NCBI GenBank assembly: GCA_018238155.1
Contig: JABCTZ010000019.1
Span: forward strand, 96,001 to 160,000
Source of the DNA: Candidatus Heimdallarchaeota archaeon
Lineage (GTDB): Archaea > Asgardarchaeota > Heimdallarchaeia > JABLTI01
Reading direction: 5' to 3'
Length of the DNA stretch: 64,000 nucleotides
Numbering within the stretch: the stretch's first letter is position 1; every line of letters starts with the position of its first letter. The position numbers and the translations under genes are program-made. A model generated the notes under the pieces. It did not search any database, was not told the origin of the DNA, and saw nothing but the letters and a program-made list of their open reading frames with translations. Shown here in pieces: positions 20,201 through 27,590 of the stretch.

Positions 20201-21450
20201 TTTGTTGTTTTTGCTACTTTTTCCTTTCTTTCAACAACATCTCCTGTTGTAGTTTCCTCGCTTTTATTTTGTAATTCCTTCACCTTTAAGCGTTTAGCGA
20301 TGAGGGATTTTTGTTCATTAAGATTAACTTCCTTTGGTCTTGCTTCTTCCCTTCCAATTCTTTCACGAAGAATACCGATAGAAATAGTCGTCATATCAAG
20401 CTCAAAATGCAAATCATCAAGTAAGATTTTTTGAAGTTCATCAAGTTTACCATAAACATCCTCAATTCGATAAAACCCATTTTCCTGCAATCCCTTGTAT
20501 ATTTCAGGTGGGAATAAAGCAGAAAGCTCTTCCCGACCAATATCTTCTCGACGATACATCTTCACATCGGGAGCAAAAGTATACTCGAATATTATATCTG
20601 GTATTGCTGCAGTTATTTCTGCTGGAATATAAGGAAGTGGAGGTGGAGCTAAATCAATCACCCTTTCTATTTTTTTGATGAATTCTTCTTCAACAAGAGT
20701 TTCAAGATAGAATTGGATAGATTCTGCCTTTAGTAATTCTAAAACGAATTTTTCCTCACCTTGTTGAACTTCCCTCAGAATTTCTTTGATGCTCAATGGA
20801 ATACTGCTTTTCTCAAGTATTTCAACAAGAACATCTTTTACGTATTCTTTTCGCATTTCCATATCAATTGTTTGTGGTTTTGGGATAACTTTTGAATTCA
20901 TTCGATGCATTTCGATTAAAACATCGTACAACATTCGAATATTTAGTAACATTACTCTTCCACGGAGCATATCATTTTGAGCGAGTGCATCACGATATGC
21001 CTCCACAGAACGCATATACATTTTGTTTGTTCGCCAAAAATATTTTAACTGCTGCTCTTCAGCATTTTCTTTTAAAACTCTGCTAAATTTCTCTTGTACA
21101 GTTGTACAATAACCTGTTGCATTCCAGAAATCATCTGCCCCTAGTACTTTGAAAATATCTTCCTCAGAAGTAACTTGATTAAGCATATCATCTACACTTT
21201 TGGTAGCTTCTTTGGTCTTCTTAAGTTCAATTACCTGTCTCTCGAGATCTTTTTCTTCATCGAAGAGTGGTTGGTCTTCCTCTACAACTGCAAAAATATC
21301 TGGGCTATATTCTTCCATATAGACGTTTTCATCTGTGACTTTATCATCTTCTGTTGTAATAATATCTTCAATTGGCGTATCAGGTTCAATCTCTTCTTTT
21401 TTGAAGACCCTTTTTATCCATCCGAAAAATCTCTTAAACATGTTTTGCAC
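17221..21450 (-). CDS. Large superfamily-2 (DEAH, XPB/ResIII-like) helicase
   Basis: Q-motif PRPYQ, Walker A PTGSGKT, Ia VLVPT, II DEAH, III FSGT, V TGWDV, VI QQLRGRAMR; long N-terminal extension. Confidence 0.88.
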   Translation of the reverse strand: MQNMFKRFFGWIKRVFKKEEIEPDTPIEDIITTEDDKVTDENVYMEEYSPDIFAVVEEDQPLFDEEKDLERQVIELKKTKEATKSVDDMLNQVTSEEDIFKVLGADDFWNATGYCTTVQEKFSRVLKENAEEQQLKYFWRTNKMYMRSVEAYRDALAQNDMLRGRVMLLNIRMLYDVLIEMHRMNSKVIPKPQTIDMEMRKEYVKDVLVEILEKSSIPLSIKEILREVQQGEEKFVLELLKAESIQFYLETLVEEEFIKKIERVIDLAPPPLPYIPAEITAAIPDIIFEYTFAPDVKMYRREDIGREELSALFPPEIYKGLQENGFYRIEDVYGKLDELQKILLDDLHFELDMTTISIGILRERIGREEARPKEVNLNEQKSLIAKRLKVKELQNKSEETTTGDVVERKEKVAKTTKVKKPKIDILKIPHQDIINSPIPRPYQLEAYYMFKGEKYNGNIIDSPTGSGKTLMGMMCIQDWTRKLRFNESILVLVPTQNYQSQWVDSICFNEIGLQISPSFVFSGTITQLENFIQKTREIPPIIILTYTSLAQVLGAKTKKEKELRQLINWLGIRHVIFDEAHKIVEQEGSATNEVAKRLVKIFKGAHIENLIGFSGTAKAYEKDFKKLKLKLIYIVPEKELVMHGFVAPIAELGVTFAYSGREKAIRELHNELKMNMKQLWNYFGDNNLRREFQKIPMNDRLFICKELLGMYQSYRRDMVNEKLKSKFLDWSPNREKRPLSLIDTNLVQTVQIYNSWSDISLAYNSQHANAAREIVEETEQLVMRLEQLIRIPSLQKMIKSEKYGKRMPKRKTFYDIRKESKDRKETSKKVRKIMCSTMVGIYKTLDTWARTKIGEGRVGTFQSIINAEEEIRDVKGVVIFDTGRTIKVEDDTGIGSPGFSGVGGSFAQSLSTNILKYNPIAVQSSEMYISFNPELEKPLHIMMAEFVRNEVIVDKLTERIFMELIFELPFQEQLSNFMYLTFKELMSTYAKSLRKVYRARFSEFANKVFEPLGDFIDEMTVMDDALNLSIKLLKDRIANPSIRIDNIVLKLYDYGIIARKIEFANKGVLQTATGDLVDYYYLKMPSGRQKQLIYDLVSDFLDSEELPIQLIFVSAWARTGWDVRTPDILIDATATRDVTAWQQLRGRAMRALESWTIDCYKTIAVLLGKAGTSNQIIEKLPLEMQRNFQKIQKEFAPKKELTAEMIDLLDISIDESKLLSEEKAVLKAKVNEGSLDKLSSNERMKLIIYLMLSKNKVAHIFEMVKASGSTKQVEFNKKDGTWHRKAAIAKKHREEPILPVPGAKRRRGKYIAPLVYSKDPTKDTPAEVKSTLKNLLQGLDEDLLDNWVLSLVEENVKSESVDSNSEAVQERKKLEELALQEEKMKKIEVDGVSENILKEFLSEIDSIEF

Positions 21451-21597
21451 AGTCCTAGCTACGCGAGACTATTTTATGATATTCTCTTCATTTTTTACTT
21501 TATTTATCAACTAAAATAGAGTAGTTGATGTTAAATGATAGTAATAACTACCTCATCTTCAAAATCTTAAAATGTTGAAGTGGTTTTTTAATATATC

Positions 21598-22335
21598 CTA
21601 TTGGATATGAAATTGTTTTTTGATTACTTCTTTTACTATCGATTCCAATGATTTCATTAGTGGATTAAAGGAGCTTGGTCTATATTTTCGTTTAAAATGC
21701 CCGTTGGTATCTAAAAGGATGTCTCGAGGAGTGTTCCGCAAAATCTGCTGTAAGTCACTTTTTGCTTGTTGGCAAGAACCATTAAAGATATGATCTTTCA
21801 AATTTGGGAACAAATCACTAACTCCTGCACTCTCAAAGAGTTGCTGTATGTGTCGTTGGGATATTTTTCTGCCCCAAGGTAAATCTTGTTTATTAACGAA
21901 AACGGTAAATGGTATTTTCTTATTAATGATATCCTCACCCTTCAATTCTTTTAATTCTCTAAGTGACCAAATGTTTTCTTCCCAATTATCTAAATCAGCA
22001 TCTATGACTATTACTAATCCATGAATGCCTTGTAAAACAACTTTTCTAGTTTCTCGTAATCTTCTTTGTCCTGCAGTTGTAAAAACATGGATTTTGAAAA
22101 GATATTCATCAGTTTCTGGTTTCGCACCAAATCCAAAAACTGCCTGATCAAAGAATACAGTTCTACCGGTTTGCTGGTCTGCAACAGTAACAAAATCGAA
22201 TACTCCTTTGGGATTCTCTAAAGATTTCATAACCTTAACAGCTGTTATTGTAAATGTTTTTCCAGACATTGTCGGACCCCAATAACAGATTTTTAAGGAT
22301 CTTATTGTTCGATATTTATGTATTAGCACAATCAA
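21598..22335 (-). CDS. MglA-family small GTPase
   Basis: KICYWGPTMSGKT, RTVFFD, TTAGQ, RKVVLQGIHGLVIVID, NKQDLP: MglA-type motifs. Confidence 0.85.
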   Translation of the reverse strand: MIVLIHKYRTIRSLKICYWGPTMSGKTFTITAVKVMKSLENPKGVFDFVTVADQQTGRTVFFDQAVFGFGAKPETDEYLFKIHVFTTAGQRRLRETRKVVLQGIHGLVIVIDADLDNWEENIWSLRELKELKGEDIINKKIPFTVFVNKQDLPWGRKISQRHIQQLFESAGVSDLFPNLKDHIFNGSCQQAKSDLQQILRNTPRDILLDTNGHFKRKYRPSSFNPLMKSLESIVKEVIKKQFHIQ

Positions 22336-22426
22336 ACCTCAAGTTAGTTTTTTTTCGCTATTTGTATTAATTAAAGATACTTTTTGCATACAAAAAATGT
22401 TTTGATTTGACATTTTCCATTTGTTA

Positions 22427-23545
22427 TTATTCTATAGGAATTATTGCTTCCCCACACTTGGAGCATTTATCTGCCCAAGGAATTCTTGCATTGCATTGTG
22501 AACATATCCGTAAGATTTCAGTAGATTTGCTGGTTGGAGTAAGGATGGGTTCTGGAATAGGATATATCATAAGTGGTTGTGGGTCAGGTATCTTATCAAT
22601 TTCAATTTCTTTCTCATCAATAGTACCTTTAATTCTGTCAATATATGGATTAACTAAATCTAATCTTTTGTTAGCGGCTTCTAATAATTCGGTATTATTT
22701 TCAGAAAGTTTTGCTGCGTTTTCAAAATAACTTCTAGCTTTCAGTAAATACATATAGGCTTTATCTGATTCACTTCGATTTGAAAGTCCGACTGCAATAT
22801 AGAAACAAGACATTCCCAATTCAGTAGAAGCCAGTATTTTCACTCGATTGTCAGATTCTTCTGGAAGGTCAAAATTCATCATAGCAAATTTATAAGAAGC
22901 TGCACCCGCGAAAAGCTTCGATGCTTTGTCAAAATCACCTTGTTTACGAGCTAAAAATGCTTCTGATTTTGTAATTTCTGCTTCAATTTCCAGTTTCCTT
23001 AACAAAAGCATTTGGTAGAACGGTTTTGCATAATGATTTTCTTGATCTGGTGATAATTTTTCAATAAATTCTATAGCGCTTAGTAGTGCTGCTAATGATG
23101 AGATATGATAATATCTATACTGTAAACTAGTTTGAACATTTGATATGGCTCTTGATTGATAGACTGCAGATACAAGATAAAGTAGAATGGCTATTTCATA
23201 ATTCTCTTCTACAACTCTACCAAGATATCCATCATCTAAAGAAATCCAGCGAGTTTTTAGGCCTATAGCTTCAAATTTTGTTTTTCCAAAGCTATTAGCA
23301 AATATATTTGAGATTGTTTGCAATGCTTTTATTTGACTTGATGAATTTTTAGATGGAAAAATTTGTTCTACATATTCTGGAAGGGTTGCTTTTAATTCAG
23401 AAATAATTTTCACTGTCTTTTGATTTGCACTCGTTTCATCAATAGTTTCAATGAGTTTCAGAAAACCTATCAAGAAATCTTTCTCTTCTTCAAGATATAT
23501 GGAAATCAATTTTGGGTCAAAGGGAATTTTATAAAGGGCTTTCAT
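22427..23545 (-). CDS. Helical-repeat (TPR-like) protein with Pro-rich linker and C-terminal Zn ribbon
   Basis: AFLARKQGDFDKASKLFAGAA; DKAYMYLLKARSYFENA; CSQC...CSKCG. Confidence 0.65.
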   Translation of the reverse strand: MKALYKIPFDPKLISIYLEEEKDFLIGFLKLIETIDETSANQKTVKIISELKATLPEYVEQIFPSKNSSSQIKALQTISNIFANSFGKTKFEAIGLKTRWISLDDGYLGRVVEENYEIAILLYLVSAVYQSRAISNVQTSLQYRYYHISSLAALLSAIEFIEKLSPDQENHYAKPFYQMLLLRKLEIEAEITKSEAFLARKQGDFDKASKLFAGAASYKFAMMNFDLPEESDNRVKILASTELGMSCFYIAVGLSNRSESDKAYMYLLKARSYFENAAKLSENNTELLEAANKRLDLVNPYIDRIKGTIDEKEIEIDKIPDPQPLMIYPIPEPILTPTSKSTEILRICSQCNARIPWADKCSKCGEAIIPIE

Positions 23546-23568
23546 TTGTTAATCACTTCTTTCCAATA

Positions 23569-24258
23569 TTATTCAACTATGATGATTGCCCCAATTGCAT
23601 CATCTAAGGATGGCCTATCAGGCATCATTTCTTTCTTGGTTTTTTCATTTGTTTCTACTTTCTTTAATTGAGGAGGACCACCGCGAGCTGGTCTATCTAC
23701 GCTAGGAGCTGGTCTTGATCTTGTTGTTGCAGCAGTTGTAGTACCTGAGGTTGGATGTGTTGCTGGTTGGCCATCCCTCAAGTCTGTCATGACTTTGGTC
23801 ATTACTTCAGCAAATTGACCAAAAACAGCTTGTAATGATTCTGAATCTTTCGATTCTTCTGAACTACCTGTATTTAAGCCATAAATTCCACGTTCGATTC
23901 TCATTTTCAATCTAATAGAATCGCGAACCCATTCAGCTCTTCCTCTGGTGGCAACATTTTCATTAATATATTCAATAATGTCCATGTGTTTAGCTGGACT
24001 AAGAGTAACAACAATATTCATTGTTTCAGAACTAATTGTTTCTGTTTTGTCACCTTTCAATGAAATGCTACGTTTTATAGTTGAGATTAGAGTTCTTCTT
24101 TTGCCTTTATTCAAATCTCGACTAACTTCTTTTGATTCTTCTTTCCACTTCTGTGGAATTGTCTTCTTCGACTTTTTACTTGAAGTACTCTTCTTCTTCT
24201 TTTTTTTATCTTTGGAAGTTTTGGATGTTGGTTTTTTAGAGCTCATTGAATCCATCAT
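23569..24258 (-). CDS. ParR-like ribbon-helix-helix protein with Lys-rich N-tail and WH2/beta-thymosin-like C-terminal motif
   Basis: MNIVVTL-SPAKHMDIIEYINE-RGRAEWVRDSIR (beta-alpha-alpha); LKKVETNEK at 23641-23667; start overlaps the end of the actin-like gene. Confidence 0.6.
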   Translation of the reverse strand: MMDSMSSKKPTSKTSKDKKKKKKSTSSKKSKKTIPQKWKEESKEVSRDLNKGKRRTLISTIKRSISLKGDKTETISSETMNIVVTLSPAKHMDIIEYINENVATRGRAEWVRDSIRLKMRIERGIYGLNTGSSEESKDSESLQAVFGQFAEVMTKVMTDLRDGQPATHPTSGTTTAATTRSRPAPSVDRPARGGPPQLKKVETNEKTKKEMMPDRPSLDDAIGAIIIVE

Positions 24259-25309
24259 CTCCTAATCTATTCACAAAAGTTCTTGCGAACATTTCAAATC
24301 CCATAGCATTAGACATTACGGGATCCTCTGGCATTGCAAGCATTTCTGGGTGATCAGCTAAACCTGCTTGTTCAAATCCTGCTCTTAATCGGTCACCAAA
24401 AATATGCATACCTCCTCCACAAAGGATGACTTTTTCTATAATTGCATCAGGTGGCAAAGTGCCTATTAATCGGTTTACTTCATCCAAAATGACATCTGAA
24501 ATAATTTCTATATGATATTCTTTCATACTTGCAATATCCCATTTTTCTCCTTGAATTGTAAGAATGTCTTTTTGCTGAGAAAGAGATGTCATAAGATCAA
24601 AAGGGCGAATTATTTTACCCGTTTGATTTTGCAATTCTTGGGCAATTCTATGTGTTAGAGTGTCGGTTGCTTCTTCTAAGCTCCCCGAAGCTTGACGCAT
24701 AATTCTTCCTTCGTACAAGGTTAAGATGTCTGTTGAACCATGTCCAACATCGATAACAATAGCATCTACCGCTCGCGCCTCCCCTTCAGTTTTAAGGGTG
24801 TGATAATACGTTCCAAAAGGCTCTGGCATTACTATGCAATTTTTTATTGTTAATTTCCGGTGAAATTTTTCACCAGTAGCTTCATTTTCAATTTTAAGAT
24901 CTAAATCTCCTTTCAACCCTTTAGCAAGTTTAGTCATTTCCTTTTTAGAAGAAGCTACAGGTACACCTGTTGCCATAATAATTTGATCGTGATCTTTTTT
25001 AGTAATTAAAGCAAGAACCGCTTTTATTGCTAAGATAGCATCTTCAATACTTTTTACTTTCCCTTCGCTAGCTATTGCTCGTTTTATTTCGCTCTGTAAT
25101 CTTGCAAGTTCACCAACATAAAGACTCTTTTCTCCATCAGAAATAACTAAATTTTTCTCTAAAGATTTATCGCCACTAAATCCACTCCAACCTTGTAATG
25201 GAGTGCCAACTATAGAAGGAATCTTCTTTAGGTTATCGGCACAAGAGAGTTTTATTGTTGATGTTCCTAAATCGATACCAATTGCTCGATATGTGGGTCT
25301 TAAAGACAT
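24236..25309 (-). CDS. ParM/StbA-family actin-like ATPase
   Basis: Phosphate-1 IGIDLGTSTIK, ATGVPV, connect-1 MPEPFG, phosphate-2 VIDVGHGSTD, adenosine ILCGGG, connect-2 DPVMSNAMGF. Confidence 0.9.
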   Translation of the reverse strand: MSLRPTYRAIGIDLGTSTIKLSCADNLKKIPSIVGTPLQGWSGFSGDKSLEKNLVISDGEKSLYVGELARLQSEIKRAIASEGKVKSIEDAILAIKAVLALITKKDHDQIIMATGVPVASSKKEMTKLAKGLKGDLDLKIENEATGEKFHRKLTIKNCIVMPEPFGTYYHTLKTEGEARAVDAIVIDVGHGSTDILTLYEGRIMRQASGSLEEATDTLTHRIAQELQNQTGKIIRPFDLMTSLSQQKDILTIQGEKWDIASMKEYHIEIISDVILDEVNRLIGTLPPDAIIEKVILCGGGMHIFGDRLRAGFEQAGLADHPEMLAMPEDPVMSNAMGFEMFARTFVNRLGDDGFNEL

Positions 25310-25571
25310 TGTGTATTTACTTCCCCCTAAGGGTTGAATTTTGTATTATATTATTAACTAGATTTTAATACACTTAAAACCTATTGAATTATTCATACAT
25401 AATAGTAAAAAGTGTTGCCATTTTAGCATATAATTTCACTATGAAATAGACTTCTGTGGAACAACTTTTAATATTCATTTAATATTCGAGTATATGTAGT
25501 TTTATTAAAACGGATTTTTATTTCAAAAAGCATTAATTATAAAAATCAAGAAATATTGTTGGTGTGTAAAG

Positions 25572-25853
25572 ATGTTCAAAGATTTATCAACAAAAGAGCT
25601 AAAAGACCTATATGCTAATCGACCATGGATAAATAAAACAGCGTTAACAAATCTCTTTTTGTCTGCTTTTGCAGAAGCAGTTATTCCTGCATTGGATAAA
25701 GCCATGGAACGAATGTACAAAATTCTTTCAAGTACTGAATTCATTGCAAAAATGGAAGAGGAAGTAATTGACGAATCTGTTGCTCGAGTAATTGAAATGA
25801 TAAAAGACGAACTTCGTGAAGAGATAGTTAAAGGAATGGCTTTTGAAGAATGA
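25572..25853 (+). CDS. Small helical hypothetical protein
   Basis: 93-aa ORF with GGTG SD-like motif, divergent from the actin-like gene. Confidence 0.6.
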   Translation: MFKDLSTKELKDLYANRPWINKTALTNLFLSAFAEAVIPALDKAMERMYKILSSTEFIAKMEEEVIDESVARVIEMIKDELREEIVKGMAFEE

Positions 25854-25911
25854 GCTTAGAGAGATAAACTCTCTTTCACTATTCTTGTTTTTCTTTGTAA
25901 AAAACTCCAGC

Positions 25912-26583
25912 TTATTCTCTAATTTTTGGTTTTACTGATTTCACCCAATTAATCCATTCATCCATTGACTCATTTCTTTTTAGTGCAACTGAGAAAGTGA
26001 GAATTTCCGGTTGGATTTCTTTTGCATGGTTGAAGAGAATTTTCTCTGTGAAATCTGGAAAATATTCCAATAGATCTGCTTTAGTAATTACTACAACATC
26101 AGCTTCCTTGTAAATAACTGGATATTTCTTTGGTTTATGTGGTCCTTCGGGTACACTAGCAATAATTACTCGATAATCTTCTCCAAGATCATGTGAGGAT
26201 GGGCAAACTAAATTTCCAACATTTTCTATAAATAATATATCAATACTAGATAGATCCATTTTTTTCAAAGCATTTCTGATTAATGGTGCATCTAAGTGAC
26301 ACATTCCACCAGTATTAATTTGAAGAACATCTACTCCAAGAGCCATAATTCTTTCAGCATCAATAGTTGTTGCTAGATCTCCTTCAATAACAGCTATTTT
26401 CTTTTCCCCTTGTAATCTTATAATGGTATTTTCAATGAGAGTTGTTTTTCCACCACCAGGTGATCCCATAATATTAATACAAATGAGGTTATTTGCTCTA
26501 AGTAGAGCTCTATTTTCGTCAGCGATTTGTTCATTTATTTTTGCTACTCTCTCTAATACAGGAATTTTTTTTGTTTTGTTCAA
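25912..26583 (-). CDS. hypB: Hydrogenase nickel incorporation GTPase HypB
   Basis: GSPGGGKTT, IEGD, QINTGGMCHLDA, ENVGNLVCP, KYP, TKADL. Confidence 0.95.
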   Translation of the reverse strand: MNKTKKIPVLERVAKINEQIADENRALLRANNLICINIMGSPGGGKTTLIENTIIRLQGEKKIAVIEGDLATTIDAERIMALGVDVLQINTGGMCHLDAPLIRNALKKMDLSSIDILFIENVGNLVCPSSHDLGEDYRVIIASVPEGPHKPKKYPVIYKEADVVVITKADLLEYFPDFTEKILFNHAKEIQPEILTFSVALKRNESMDEWINWVKSVKPKIRE

Positions 26584-26868
26584 TTTCAGTATCTCAAATT
26601 CATTAAAGAAACGATGAGCTAATTTAATCTAATGTAATTTCTTATTATTAATACTACAGAAATAACCTTTCTTTAATAAAAATTGGTGTGATTTGAGAAG
26701 TGCAGATAATGACATTCAGTTGTGTACATATGAAATTTGATGAAATCTGGAGTTAACTTTTAAAGTTGGGTGTACATTAACTAATTGTAACATTCAAAAT
26801 AGATATCAAGTATGTGAGAGGAATCTCTCTATAGTAAAGATTTGCTAGTGTTATCGGGGAAGCTCTTC

Positions 26869-27501
26869 ATGGAATCCGTTAATAAAACCGACTTTAAACC
26901 TAGGATAGAAGAAAATTATCTAAAAATAGTTTTAGTGGGTGATTCTAATGTTGGCAAAACTACTCTTCTTAATGCATTAGTCGGTTCCGGAGAAACAGGG
27001 CGGGGGTATTCAGTCTCGCTTGAGATACCTATTGAAATAAAGAAAGGAGATAAGAAAGAACTTGTTGTTGGAAGGATTTATGATTTAAGATCTCAACGAT
27101 ACTTTCCTTTTCTACACTCTCTGTATTATAATAATGCAAAGGGAGCAATTATTGTTTTTGATATTACAGATAAGAATTCATTCAAATCATTAACAAAATG
27201 GCGCGATATTATTTGGGGGCATGTTGGGAATATTCCTCTACTTGTTTGTGGAAATAAAACCGATCTAAAAAATTCAAACGAAGAACAGGTTTTCCAACAA
27301 GAAGTACTAGCATTAATAAAATCATTTTCTAAAAATCGAGCAATGAAAACAACCTATATTGAACTGTCTGCTGAAAAAAGGATAATTGCATATACAGCTG
27401 AAAAAATGAAGAAATCACAATTGAAAGATATTTATCCAACAATCGATGCATTTAGAGACCCATTTGTACATTGGATTAAGGGACTTGCAAAGAAAACATG
27501 A
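26869..27501 (+). CDS. Rab-like small GTPase with atypical G3
   Basis: KIVLVGDSNVGKTT, YDLRSQ (G3 lacks Gly), YYNNAKGAIIVFDIT, GNKTDL, ELSA. Confidence 0.85.
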   Translation: MESVNKTDFKPRIEENYLKIVLVGDSNVGKTTLLNALVGSGETGRGYSVSLEIPIEIKKGDKKELVVGRIYDLRSQRYFPFLHSLYYNNAKGAIIVFDITDKNSFKSLTKWRDIIWGHVGNIPLLVCGNKTDLKNSNEEQVFQQEVLALIKSFSKNRAMKTTYIELSAEKRIIAYTAEKMKKSQLKDIYPTIDAFRDPFVHWIKGLAKKT

Positions 27502-27590
27502 AATTCAAAAGTCTTTATAGGCAAGTGTTACTTTTAGTAAATAGATGCGATGTTAGAATTTTCAACGAAATAGAAAAAAGATGAGTAAAA

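Noticed and set aside
17221-21450. Type I/III restriction subunit
   Set aside because: No adjacent methyltransferase or specificity gene, and no clear PD-(D/E)xK motif.
24236-25309. Bona fide lokiactin or MreB
   Set aside because: It lacks the actin TEAP/DSGDG motifs and C-terminal helix and the MreB IEEP/DIGGGT context. TGVP, PEP and NAxGF indicate the ParM/StbA group.
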